A stretch of 37,464 nucleotides of DNA from a virus (IMGVR_UViG_3300037851_000662:1-37464); one strand, 5' to 3'. Positions 16,169-24,880 are shown, counted from the stretch's first letter. Made by a program: numbers and translations. Notes: generated by a model from the sequence alone, not told the origin.

Positions 16169-16345
16169 TTTCTACCCCCAAAAACCCTGTTTTTGCCCCG
16201 GAGGGGCCGGTTCGTTAAGATCAGGCCGTTTGCTGCCGCAAAAACACTGTTTAAATTCGCCCACAATCGTTTAAATGGTCCGCCTTCGGGCGCTTGGCCG
16301 GATGCTTCAGCCCGCCTCTCTGCGCCGATTTAAACCGCCTTCTGG
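16169..16345. other. Central non-coding region, candidate strong-gyrase-site analogue
   Basis: Largest internal gap, about 1.4 kb from the prophage midpoint; repeated TTTAAA and A/T tracts. Confidence 0.35.
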
Positions 16346-16347
16346 TT

Positions 16348-16394
16348 TTCCAAGGACTGGAACGTCCGGGCGTTCCGGTTTCCAACCCTTGGAA
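16348..16394. repeat. Two TTCCA-N5-TGGAA palindromes
   Basis: 16348-16362 and 16380-16394. Confidence 0.75.
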
Positions 16395-16430
16395 AACCCC
16401 CGGTCACGTCATGCCCGACCGGGGATTTTG
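16393..16430 (-). terminator. Intrinsic terminator after the capsid genes
   Basis: CCCCGGTC...GACCGGGG stem with a short T tract on either strand. Confidence 0.55.
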
Positions 16431-16446
16431 CGGCATCAACCGGCCC

Positions 16447-16656
16447 CTAGACCTCCACCTCTTCGACGATCAGCATCGGCTCCGCCTTGAGGGCGGCGAC
16501 CCGACCGCCCGTCAGGCTCTCGACCAGGACCGTCTTCGGCTCCTTGGTCCAGTGGATCCCGGCGCGGATAAAGCTCTCTTTCCGGCAGGTCACCTTCAGC
16601 GCCGCCTTTTTATCGGCCGGAGCCTCCGGTTGTGTGCCTTTTTTTTCCTTAGCCAT
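16447..16656 (-). CDS. HI1506-like small Mu-like head-associated protein
   Basis: SFIRAGIHW...LT..RVAALKAEPMLIVEEV, directly after gpT. Confidence 0.8.
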   Translation of the reverse strand: MAKEKKGTQPEAPADKKAALKVTCRKESFIRAGIHWTKEPKTVLVESLTGGRVAALKAEPMLIVEEVEV

Positions 16657-16718
16657 GATGTTCTCCAGGTTTGACCGGCCCGCCCGATCTGTCAGACCGG
16701 GCCGGCCTGGCGGTCAGG

Positions 16719-17627
16719 TTACGCAGCCCCCGTGCTGCCGTAGATCAGCTGCCAGAAGCCGTAACCGGCATTGCCGCGGGCTTCGATGCTGAACTTGTAA
16801 ACAGCCTGGTTGAACACGTCGTCGCTGTCCGGGTTGGTCTGGCTGACCAGCGTCGGTTTCTTCCGCTCCTGGAAGATGAACGGCATCAGCGCCTTGGTGC
16901 CATCAATCAGGAACCAGGCGGTGGCGCTGGTCAGCTGCGACCACACAACGACTTCGAACATTCCCTTGTAGGGATTCGGCTTGCCGTCTTCAAGGCGGTC
17001 GCTGGTCATCAGCACATTGGCGGTTTCGCGCAGGGCGGGCGGAACCGCCAGAACGGTCGGGTTGACGTCGAGCGGACGGCCCTGGTCGTTCTTCTGGCTG
17101 GTCATCGCCGTGATGGCGACGCCTAAGCTTCCCTGGGCGAGCGCCAGGGTGGCGCAGCTGAGGGCCTTGGTGCCTTTGTTGCTGGCAACGCCGTCGCCGA
17201 CCGGGTGGTCGGTGTCGATCATGTACTGGCCGTCGTAGCACTCTTTGGTGAACGCGCCGTTCATCAGATCGGCCACCATTTCATCCGGCCACATGGCCGC
17301 GGCCTGGCCTTCGCCGCGAGCCATCGCGACATAGATGCCGGTGTTGTCGTCCTCCAGGTCGTCGCGCTTCACACCGATCGTCGACTCGTAAGGCACGTTC
17401 AGGATCGTGTATTTCCCGGCAGACATATTCTTGACCACCTTGTCCCCGAGCCATTTGCGCATCGACGGCCAGCCGTCCTTGATCCAGCTGTAGTCGTTCT
17501 GCGAGCCGGTCGACGGGATCCGGGTGGCGAACTTCGCCCACATCGGTTTCGCCTCGCCCAGCGCCTTGTTGAAGGTCGTCAGAATGTTCTTCATCAGACC
17601 CGCGAGATTCTCTCTGTTAATAAGCAT
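16719..17627 (-). CDS. Major capsid protein (Mu gpT family)
   Basis: WPSMRKWLGDK, YESTIGVKRDDLEDD, CYDGQY..DTDHPV, PFIFQERK, RGNAGYGFWQL; start ATG 17627. Confidence 0.96.
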   Translation of the reverse strand: MLINRENLAGLMKNILTTFNKALGEAKPMWAKFATRIPSTGSQNDYSWIKDGWPSMRKWLGDKVVKNMSAGKYTILNVPYESTIGVKRDDLEDDNTGIYVAMARGEGQAAAMWPDEMVADLMNGAFTKECYDGQYMIDTDHPVGDGVASNKGTKALSCATLALAQGSLGVAITAMTSQKNDQGRPLDVNPTVLAVPPALRETANVLMTSDRLEDGKPNPYKGMFEVVVWSQLTSATAWFLIDGTKALMPFIFQERKKPTLVSQTNPDSDDVFNQAVYKFSIEARGNAGYGFWQLIYGSTGAA

Positions 17628-17641
17628 GTGATTTCCCTTTG

Positions 17642-17700
17642 TTTCAGGTTTCGAGTTTCCAGTTTCAGCCCTCAGGCCCAAAGCCCAAGGTCTAAAGCCT
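17642..17700. repeat. Heptamer array drifting from the TTTCARG to the GCCYAAG family
   Basis: TTTCAGG TTTCGAG TTTCCAG TTTCAGC CCTCAGG CCCAAAG CCCAAGG TCTAAAG. Confidence 0.8.
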
Positions 17701-17704
17701 TTCC

Positions 17705-18406
17705 TTAAGCAATCGCCCGCAGAACCGTGTAGCAGACCTTCGTCGTGCCATTCGTTCCGTTCGCCGACAGCGTCAGATCAATCTGATCATTGGCTGCATC
17801 GTTCACCGCTTTCACCAGCGTTTCGGCGGCACCCTGCGCCACCAGCGTCGCCTGCACCACATCCGTGGCTTCAAGCCCGGCCACCGCAATGCTGTCGGTT
17901 GCGGCCGCGCCGCCCGCCCAGGCATGAATACCAGAGGCAATCACCTTGTGCGTGCTTCCGGTCAGGCCGAGCGCTTCATTCAGCTCCGCCGCATTGCGGC
18001 TGGCCGGCAGCGACGGCAGCACCCAAACCCCGGCCGCATCCACCCCGATGCAGAGCCCGGCGGAAGAGCGCGCCCCGGCGTTGTTGGTCTTCGATACCGT
18101 TTCATCATCCTCGATGAAGACCTCTTTCCCGACGCAGCTCTGATCCACCGCATCCAGCGCGCTGTTGGCCCACTGGAACGCCCGGTCGAATTCAGCCTCG
18201 CCGGTCAGCGCGCCATTCGCTCCTGCGGAATTATCCACGGTCTCGCGCCAGCGGCCGATCGCCTTGAGGTTGAGCGCCTCGCTGCCTTCGGCTCCATAGC
18301 CGAGGGCGTTAATGACGGCCATCTTGCCGGCCTCGACCTTCGTCGCAGCGGCGATACCGATCGCGATAAGTAGCACGGACCGGGCATTTGTGTTTCGTTC
18401 TCCCAT
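17705..18406 (-). CDS. Capsid cement/decoration-type protein with extra C-terminal domain
   Basis: Between protease and capsid; VDNSAGANG...FQWANS...VGKEVFIEDDETV...RSSAG....VDAAGVWV. Confidence 0.7.
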   Translation of the reverse strand: MGERNTNARSVLLIAIGIAAATKVEAGKMAVINALGYGAEGSEALNLKAIGRWRETVDNSAGANGALTGEAEFDRAFQWANSALDAVDQSCVGKEVFIEDDETVSKTNNAGARSSAGLCIGVDAAGVWVLPSLPASRNAAELNEALGLTGSTHKVIASGIHAWAGGAAATDSIAVAGLEATDVVQATLVAQGAAETLVKAVNDAANDQIDLTLSANGTNGTTKVCYTVLRAIA

Positions 18407-18421
18407 GACTTGTTCTCCTTA

Positions 18422-18469
18422 CTTCAAGCTTCAGATTTCAGGTTTCAACTTTCAGGTTTCAGCCTTCGC
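18422..18469. repeat. Heptamer array (TTTCARG family)
   Basis: CTTCAAG CTTCAGA TTTCAGG TTTCAAC TTTCAGG TTTCAGC. Confidence 0.85.
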
Positions 18470-19447
18470 TTATTTCCCGTACTTCTTGAGATCCTCTTCG
18501 CTGTTGCCAAAGACCTCCCCAAGCGCCTTTTCCGCCGCGTTGATCGCGGTGGCCGATCCCGGAGGATCTCCGGCCGGCTGCGCCTGGTCCTTCGTCAGGA
18601 CCGGCGATGCGTCCATAACGGACCGGAAGTGATTCAGGGCGGCGTCGTCCTTGATCATTTCTTCCCACTTGGCGCGGGCGGCGGGCGTCAGCTTGCCGGC
18701 GGTCTGGGCGGTGTTCAGAGCGGCCGCAACCTTTTCCTTAAAACCGGCCTCTTTGAGCGTTTTAAGCTCCGCCTGTGCGGTGTTCAACGCCGTGGTGGCA
18801 TCGAGCAGCTGCTGCTTGGGTACCATCTCTCCCTGCGCATTCAGGGCCGTCTGTGCTGTCTTCAGCACCTGAACTGCGTTCAGGGCCTGCTCCTGCGTCG
18901 CATCCTCGCGCCCGCACAGAGCCATCAGGATTGCTTTCAGCATTCCTTCCTCCTTGTTAGCCCCGGCACCGGCCGGGAGTTGCGTATTCAGAGCCTGCAC
19001 CTGCAAGTTCTGGTTGTTGGTGAGACCCGCCCCTTTGATCACAAGGATCTCCAGCGTCTCTAAATCGTAATCAAAAACCACCGACGCATACCGGTAGTGC
19101 TTGTTGTTGATGGCGTTAAGGCCCAGATCGGTCAGCTCGTTGACGCCGGATATGCCGCCGTCCTCGCTCACCCCGAACGACTGGAACCAGCCGAACGCAG
19201 GGGCGTCCGGGGAATAAAACATCTTGTGGCCTTCATCCAGCGGCGCGTGGAACTTTTCCAGCCCGGCATTCGATGCCGCAACAACGGCCTCCGGGCTGCT
19301 CAGCTTCCAGTATCGGCCGTCGCGACCGGGCACCGTCCCGTCCTCCAGCGGCTTCGGAATCAAATGGATCGTCCGCGTTGCGCCGTCGCCGGCCGCATTC
19401 AGCGCCATCACGCACATCGCGCTCTGAATCTTCTGTTTCTTCGGCAT
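18470..19447 (-). CDS. Mu gpI protease/scaffold
   Basis: GRDGRYW, APAFGW, YRYASVVF, AGLTNNQNL, ALN repeats, GKLTPA. Confidence 0.92.
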   Translation of the reverse strand: MPKKQKIQSAMCVMALNAAGDGATRTIHLIPKPLEDGTVPGRDGRYWKLSSPEAVVAASNAGLEKFHAPLDEGHKMFYSPDAPAFGWFQSFGVSEDGGISGVNELTDLGLNAINNKHYRYASVVFDYDLETLEILVIKGAGLTNNQNLQVQALNTQLPAGAGANKEEGMLKAILMALCGREDATQEQALNAVQVLKTAQTALNAQGEMVPKQQLLDATTALNTAQAELKTLKEAGFKEKVAAALNTAQTAGKLTPAARAKWEEMIKDDAALNHFRSVMDASPVLTKDQAQPAGDPPGSATAINAAEKALGEVFGNSEEDLKKYGK

Positions 19448-19471
19448 TGTCCCTCCTGTTCGACGTGCATG

Positions 19472-19518
19472 AATCTATCTGCACAGAACAGGACGAAGCA
19501 CCCTGAACAGGTTCAGAA
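19472..19518 (-). promoter_or_regulatory. Late promoter of the head operon (activator box plus -10)
   Basis: TTCTGAACCTGTTCAGGGTG on minus followed by TAGATT. Confidence 0.7.
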
Positions 19519-19520
19519 GG

Positions 19521-19549
19521 TTGACTTTAGGCGGGTGAGGGCATAGGCT
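19521..19549 (+). promoter_or_regulatory. sigma70-type promoter pointing into the structured RNA
   Basis: TTGACT (19521-19526), 17-nt spacer, TAGGCT (19544-19549). Confidence 0.7.
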
Positions 19550-19555
19550 TTTCAT

Positions 19556-19661
19556 CAACTGAGGCGCGCGACACGGTGCAATTCTGCCTGCCGTAGGACG
19601 CTCGAAAGAGCGGATCGCCTTGCGGGGTTTCTGGCAGGCCCCGCCGCGCCTCACAATTTTT
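19556..19661 (+). ncRNA. Candidate four-way-junction ncRNA convergent with the MuF-nuclease gene
   Basis: P1 19560-68/19645-53, three internal arms, GAAA tetraloop, loop-loop CTGCC/GGCAG, downstream T run, own promoter. Confidence 0.65.
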
Positions 19662-20841
19662 CGTCTCGAATCCGCTCATACTTTTTCACCGCACTGCGGT
19701 AATCACGCTCCTTGGTGATCTCTTGCACATGCACCAGATAATTTTCTCGGCCATCCTGCGTCGTCTTCACGGCGGCCCGAAACCGGCGGCCGTCTTTCAA
19801 AAAAAACACAATCCGCTCGTTGCTCTGCCTGTAGATCTCGCCCCTGGCGATCAGGGCGGGCAACAGGCAGTAATCCAAATCGCTCAAATCCGGGTGCTTT
19901 GTGTCCAGCTCCTGCTTCTTCATCGTTTCCGCGGACAGGTAGACCGTCCTCTGCTGCGCGCCCATCAGCTTCCGCGTCGCATCATCCATGACAGCGACCG
20001 GAATGTTGCCCTTCGGCTCTTTGCGCCAGCGGCCGAAAACCTCCGGCTGCATCCACGCCCGGTGAACCGCGTCGGCCGCCGTCGGTGAACCGCTGTTTAA
20101 CTGCTCTTTAAACCGGCCGAGCTGCTGCTCTTCCCGCGCCCGACCCGGATTAAAATTAAACCCAGGCGTAATGCCGTTCGGGATCTGCTCGCTTTCGCCG
20201 GTCCGCGGGTTGGTCCACTCCTGCAGCTCATCCGCAGGCGCTTCATCCGGTCCGCCGGTCGAATCAACCTGCTCTTTCGTCAGCTGCTGCACCCAGCACT
20301 TGCAGCCCCAGCCATTCGGCGGCATGTGGGTTTCCCACCACGGGTCGTCAACCAAAAGCTCCAGCCCGTCCCAGGCGACGTGCTCCGGGCGGTGCTTCTC
20401 CGCCGGGCCCAGCGAATAGCGCAGATAGGGCAGCAGCTTCTTGGTCCGCTGAATCCGCTCCCACTTTCCGGCAGATCGCGCTGAGCGCATGTTCGTCTCA
20501 TAAATCACCTTCAGCCGGCGCGGCGATCCAAGCTGCGCATCCTTCAGCTCGCCGGTCTTCGGATCCGGAAGGGCCTTCTTTCCCCACCAACCGAGCTTTT
20601 CAAGCTCCGGCTGCAAATCCTTTTTGAATTCCTGAAAGGTGCGGCCCTCCGCCAGCGCCTGATCCAGCGCGCCGCGCAGGGTTTCCATCACATCAACCGT
20701 CATCGCCTTTGCGGCCGTGAAGGCGAACGCGTGTTCCGACTCCCAGACATCCTGAAAATCAAACCCGACCTTCCAACCCTTGGCCCGGAAAAAATCGATT
20801 GCCTCCTTCGGCGGCGGCCCGGCGCTGTATTTCTTTGGCAT
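19651..20841 (-). CDS. MuF (gpF) head morphogenesis protein with C-terminal PBECR-like nuclease domain
   Basis: AFTAAK, KLGWWG, LGSPRRLKVIYETN, RPEHVAW, PPNGWGCKC; extension YLSAETMKKQ...KHPDL...Y..LP..I..G...AAVKTTQDGRENYL. Confidence 0.88.
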   Translation of the reverse strand: MPKKYSAGPPPKEAIDFFRAKGWKVGFDFQDVWESEHAFAFTAAKAMTVDVMETLRGALDQALAEGRTFQEFKKDLQPELEKLGWWGKKALPDPKTGELKDAQLGSPRRLKVIYETNMRSARSAGKWERIQRTKKLLPYLRYSLGPAEKHRPEHVAWDGLELLVDDPWWETHMPPNGWGCKCWVQQLTKEQVDSTGGPDEAPADELQEWTNPRTGESEQIPNGITPGFNFNPGRAREEQQLGRFKEQLNSGSPTAADAVHRAWMQPEVFGRWRKEPKGNIPVAVMDDATRKLMGAQQRTVYLSAETMKKQELDTKHPDLSDLDYCLLPALIARGEIYRQSNERIVFFLKDGRRFRAAVKTTQDGRENYLVHVQEITKERDYRSAVKKYERIRDEKL

Positions 20842-20868
20842 TCCAAGCTTCCAGTTTCAAGTTTCAGC
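20841..20868. repeat. Heptamer array containing the portal stop
   Basis: TTCCAAG CTTCCAG TTTCAAG TTTCAGC. Confidence 0.8.
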
Positions 20869-22441
20869 TTTTGTCCGCATCTCCGGCGCCCCGCGCCTTA
20901 AACATCGCGGTCGCCAGGCTTCTCGTCAGACCGGTCAGATCGGCCGCGTTGACGATCTCCGGCAGCCGGCGGTTGAACTCTTCGGCGGTTTCGCACTCAT
21001 CAGCCAGCCGCTGCAGGGATTCGAGCATCGGCGTCATCGCCGGTTCCCATCCGTCCAGGGCTATCCGCTCCAGCTCATCCACAATATCGTCCGGATCGCC
21101 GGCCGCATTCAGCGCCGTCTTTTTTGAAATCTGAAATCTGCCCTTTGAAATCCGCGCATTCTGCGCGGCGGCCGGAGCCGGCGAACCCGGAGAAGAGGCG
21201 TTCGGAGACACCAACACCTCGACCCCTTCATCCGGATCCGCCAGCCCCAGCTTATCCCTCATTTCAGATTGGCTCACCCGAAGCCCGCGATCCACAAGCT
21301 GCACCACGCTCTCAGACAGCACCTTCACATCTTCCGGGTCGTTAATAATCCACTTAACGGCCGGGTATTGTTTCTGCGGGCCGTGATTCAAATCAATGTA
21401 CGGCCGCACCAGATAGCGGTTACAGGTCGCCGCCAGCTTCCTGGCGTCCTTCCTGAGGATGTCGCGGCGCACTTCCTCCTGTCCGGACTGGTTGCCCAGG
21501 CTGCCCGCCGTCCCCTCGGCGCTGGCCGTCTGGCCAAGCACCGCCTTGCTCATTTGCTTGTCCAGCCACTCCGCCGTCCCTTTATAGAGCAGGAGGCCGC
21601 CGCTTTGGTTGCCCGGCTGCACAAACTCAATCTTCATGCTGTCCGGAATGATAGCGGCCGCATCCGCTCCAATATTGATAACCGCGCGCTTCAGGATGGC
21701 CTTATCCTGCTGCGTGGCGTTCGGGCCGTAGCGCCCGATGCGCGCGGCCATGCCGTAAATCTCGATAAAGCGCATCCAGTCCTTGATCGCGTAGTTCTTG
21801 CACATGAACGCAACCGCCGCCAGGCGCGCCAGCCCGCTCGAAACAGGGAACCCCGTCCGCAGGCGAGGGTAGTGGATGATCCACTTGTACGGCGCAAGCG
21901 GGAGGCCTTCTTTGACCTCCTTGTCTTTGTAGCGCAGCTCGAGTGTTTGCTTGTCAAACTGGAACCAGCGCTGATCCACAAAGCGGTAGTCGCGCGGCAT
22001 CCATTGCCGCTCGCTGGTGTCCCACAGAATCTCGCTGACGGAAAACCCCTTGTGCAGCGCATCGAGCGCGTCGTCCGTCAGATTGTCAAACTCGGGCCGG
22101 CGCAGCAGCTCGCGGATTTCGTCAGCCATGTCGATATCGGCCTGGTCGTCGCTGGCAGCTTCAACCACCGGCTCCAGGCCGGACAGCGCGTTTTTCCGCG
22201 TGCCGATCACCGACGCATAGTGCGGCTCGCGCTCCTCGATCTCATCAGCCAGCGTAATGAAGTTCGTGGTTTCCCCTTCGCGCAGCTCCGCCAGAATCGC
22301 GGCCAGCTTGCTCGGGGTCAGGCTGGTTGCCTGACTGTCGTGCCAGACATCGCGCACGCCGCTCACCGGGCTGGCGATCTCCTGCTCAAGGGTCTTCATC
22401 TCGATCGGTCGGCCAAGGTGGTCAAAAAGGGTGGTGCTCAT
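20864..22441 (-). CDS. Portal protein (Mu gp29/DUF935)
   Basis: IEEREPHYASVIGTRK, DALHKGFSVSEI.W, KDWMRFIEIYGM..RIGRY, SKAVLGQT. Confidence 0.95.
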   Translation of the reverse strand: MSTTLFDHLGRPIEMKTLEQEIASPVSGVRDVWHDSQATSLTPSKLAAILAELREGETTNFITLADEIEEREPHYASVIGTRKNALSGLEPVVEAASDDQADIDMADEIRELLRRPEFDNLTDDALDALHKGFSVSEILWDTSERQWMPRDYRFVDQRWFQFDKQTLELRYKDKEVKEGLPLAPYKWIIHYPRLRTGFPVSSGLARLAAVAFMCKNYAIKDWMRFIEIYGMAARIGRYGPNATQQDKAILKRAVINIGADAAAIIPDSMKIEFVQPGNQSGGLLLYKGTAEWLDKQMSKAVLGQTASAEGTAGSLGNQSGQEEVRRDILRKDARKLAATCNRYLVRPYIDLNHGPQKQYPAVKWIINDPEDVKVLSESVVQLVDRGLRVSQSEMRDKLGLADPDEGVEVLVSPNASSPGSPAPAAAQNARISKGRFQISKKTALNAAGDPDDIVDELERIALDGWEPAMTPMLESLQRLADECETAEEFNRRLPEIVNAADLTGLTRSLATAMFKARGAGDADKS

Positions 22442-22450
22442 AGCAATCAG

Positions 22451-22513
22451 TTCCCGGTTTCACGTTTCAAGTTTCCAGTTTCAGGTTTCAGTTTTCAGCC
22501 TTCAGGTTTCACA
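22451..22513. repeat. Longest heptamer array (9 units) containing the terminase stop
   Basis: TTCCCGG TTTCACG TTTCAAG TTTCCAG TTTCAGG TTTCAGT TTTCAGC CTTCAGG TTTCACA. Confidence 0.9.
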
Positions 22514-23990
22514 GCGCGAACCCCTCGCGCGGATCGTCATCATCGGAAAAATCCGCCTGCATCTGAAATCCGCGGCTGCGCCGCTCCTGCGCCGCCTCAT
22601 AGGCATAAACAACGCATTCGTTGATCGCCGCCAGCAGCGCCAGAAAAACGGCCCAGGCCTCGTCAGCGTGCCCCGCCGCGTCGCTGGTGGCCATAAAGCG
22701 CGGCTGGTTGTTCGGCCCCGGCACGCTCTGCAGCTTGTGCAGTGAGTCGCGCAACGCCGGATCCACAGGGATCCGCAGCTTCCGGTCCTGGAACGCCTGT
22801 TTGCCGGTGTTTGCCATCAGCAGGTGACTGCCGGTGTTGAAAATCACGCCCTCGATGCGCGATTCCCCGTAGAGCTGCTTCGCATCTTCCACCGGCTTCT
22901 CACCCATCCCGGTCTGGTCCATGCATCCCCGTACAATCCGGTACTGCCGGAACACCCGCGCCATCTCGGCATCGTGCTCCGCAAATTTTTTCTTCTTCAG
23001 CCGGACCAGTTCGCGGCACCACAACACGTCGCCGACTTCCTCCAATACCGGCAGAACCCAAAGGTCATGGCGCAGGCCGATGTCGTTGCCAAAATAACAC
23101 GGTCCGCCTTTGTAGAGTTCCGGCTTGCCGGCGTCCGGGTGCTCGCAGGAGGCGATCAGCTCATAAGTCAGCCAGGCGGTCGCGCCGTCAACCGGCTCGC
23201 ACATGTACTCCTGCATCCACGTCGCGTCATCACCGCAGGCATCTCGCTCTTCATCCAGCCACGCCAGGCGTTCGGCGGCCGTCAGCGCGCGGCCGAGAAT
23301 CTTATCGGCCAGCCCCTGGGCAACCGCATCCTCAATCGTGGTGGTGTGCAGGCTCCACGCATTCGCCTTCGTACGGGCAGGCCCTGTGTCCGCCCCTCCC
23401 GCGCCACTCGCCACCTGCCACTTGCCCTCTACCAGCTCCTTGCCTTTCTTCGCATCGGCCACCATCCGGGCATAGCGGTTGCCCTTGCCGTTGTACGTGG
23501 AGATCACGCGGACCGGGAAGCCCCACGTCACAATCGGCTTGGCCGCCTTCCACATCGCATCCTGCTGCTCATGGAACGCAAATTCATCCAGCACCAGCTT
23601 TCCGCCCTTGGACCGGAACGCCTTCGGGTTGCTGGTTAAAGCCACAATGCGCTTGCCCGTTGAGAACTTGACCGACAGCGCCTTGATATCGTTTTTGCTG
23701 TCGATCACCACTTCGCCAAGGAAGTCCGCGGCCGCTCCGACCAGCTCCGACCAGAACTGGACATAAAGGATGTATTCCGTTGCCGCCGACGCATCGGCCG
23801 AGCTGAAGAAGACATCCATCGGCTTGTCGTCTTTGCTGGCATCGAACACATCTTCCAGTGCCTGGACAAACGACATCCCGCCGCGCCGGGTCTTTTCCCA
23901 TATCTTGAAGCGGCTGTCGTCTTCGAGCCACCGAGCCTGATAGGGCATCAGGTAGTTCGACAGATCGATCGTTGTGTCAAAGCGGCTCAT
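22509..23990 (-). CDS. Terminase large subunit (Mu gp28 family)
   Basis: MPYQARW.ED.SR.KIWEKTRRGGMS, LVLDEFAFH, ISTYNG, QEYMC, GNDIG..HDL, DQTGMG, GHADEAWA. Confidence 0.95.
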   Translation of the reverse strand: MSRFDTTIDLSNYLMPYQARWLEDDSRFKIWEKTRRGGMSFVQALEDVFDASKDDKPMDVFFSSADASAATEYILYVQFWSELVGAAADFLGEVVIDSKNDIKALSVKFSTGKRIVALTSNPKAFRSKGGKLVLDEFAFHEQQDAMWKAAKPIVTWGFPVRVISTYNGKGNRYARMVADAKKGKELVEGKWQVASGAGGADTGPARTKANAWSLHTTTIEDAVAQGLADKILGRALTAAERLAWLDEERDACGDDATWMQEYMCEPVDGATAWLTYELIASCEHPDAGKPELYKGGPCYFGNDIGLRHDLWVLPVLEEVGDVLWCRELVRLKKKKFAEHDAEMARVFRQYRIVRGCMDQTGMGEKPVEDAKQLYGESRIEGVIFNTGSHLLMANTGKQAFQDRKLRIPVDPALRDSLHKLQSVPGPNNQPRFMATSDAAGHADEAWAVFLALLAAINECVVYAYEAAQERRSRGFQMQADFSDDDDPREGFAL

Positions 23991-24511
23991 TTCCCGATAC
24001 CGAGAATCTCGCGTTTAATTGTGGCGATCGCGTCCGCGCTCAGCCCGGCCTTCTTCGTGGTTTTTTCAACCGACTCCGCAACAGCCTTCGCCTTCGTCCG
24101 CACTTCAGTCATCCACTTCTTCTGGTTTACACCGGCGCGGCTCAGCCTCGAAATCGCCAGCGATAGGTCTCCCGGCTCCATTGATTGGAGTCGGTCCCAG
24201 TCGTAGCTTGGTAACGCATCCAGCAGTTGTGCCTGCATTGAGCGCAGGGCCGCATCGCCGATCGCGTTGGCGTCGTCCCCGATCTCGGCGGTCAGGATCT
24301 GCGCCATATCGGTGATGCGTTTGATGTTCTCGCAATGGTCCTTAAATTCCTTGCCGAACCGCCCCAGGGCGCTTCGCGAGATCTCCAGCCCGCGATCGGC
24401 CAGTGCGGCCGTCAGGCCATCATAATCCGCAAAGTTCCGCTCGAGCAGTTGTTTTTCCAGCCATTCGCGGTCGTCTTTCGGCAGCGTCTTGACGGTCGAG
24501 GGTGCAGGCAT
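23987..24511 (-). CDS. Terminase small subunit (Mu gp27/DUF3486)
   Basis: STVKTLP...WLE..L....F.DY..L...L...G.EISRSALGR; GLSADAIATIKREILGI. Confidence 0.9.
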   Translation of the reverse strand: MPAPSTVKTLPKDDREWLEKQLLERNFADYDGLTAALADRGLEISRSALGRFGKEFKDHCENIKRITDMAQILTAEIGDDANAIGDAALRSMQAQLLDALPSYDWDRLQSMEPGDLSLAISRLSRAGVNQKKWMTEVRTKAKAVAESVEKTTKKAGLSADAIATIKREILGIGK

Positions 24512-24550
24512 TCTTTTTTCTCCCTGTGTCAGCGCACGGCGGGCGCGGTT

Positions 24551-24585
24551 TTTCAGGTTTCAAGCTTCAGATTTCAAGTTTCAGA
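24551..24585. repeat. Heptamer array containing the gp26-like stop
   Basis: TTTCAGG TTTCAAG CTTCAGA TTTCAAG TTTCAGA. Confidence 0.85.
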
Positions 24586-24859
24586 TCAGCCCGGCCTCAT
24601 CCAGCACATCCACGCCGGGTGCTGTGATGAGATAAACGTCAACGGATTGGCTGTGTGCCTTTTTCTCGCGGATGATCAGCGCGTGCGCCTCCAGATAACG
24701 CATCTGTTTGGCCAACTCATCCTCTTCCAGGGTTTGGAAGCCGGCCAGCTTAACGCCGACATGGATCGGGCCGATCCGCAGCCCGGTCGGCCGCGCCGCG
24801 TTCAGCTGCATCAGGATTGCGGTCCTCAATAACTCTTTACTCTCTTCATTCAGCGGCAT
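24581..24859 (-). CDS. Mu gp26-like winged-helix protein
   Basis: R.AIL..L, L...MRYLE...LI, Y.IT..GVD; AGGAGACACCATG start at 24859. Confidence 0.7.
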   Translation of the reverse strand: MPLNEESKELLRTAILMQLNAARPTGLRIGPIHVGVKLAGFQTLEEDELAKQMRYLEAHALIIREKKAHSQSVDVYLITAPGVDVLDEAGLI

Positions 24860-24880
24860 GGTGTCTCCTCTTTTATGATT

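Noticed and set aside
19560-19653. Known self-cleaving ribozyme or simple terminator
   Set aside because: I could not fit hammerhead, twister, pistol or HDV cores by eye; the multi-arm fold and lack of a U tract on the gene strand argue against a plain terminator
22451-22513. Heptamer arrays as a CRISPR array
   Set aside because: Units are 7 nt and contiguous with no unique spacers; no cas genes in the window
2154-24511. Mu head plus P2-like tail mosaic as a novelty
   Set aside because: This combination is already known among transposable myophages such as BcepMu-like phages
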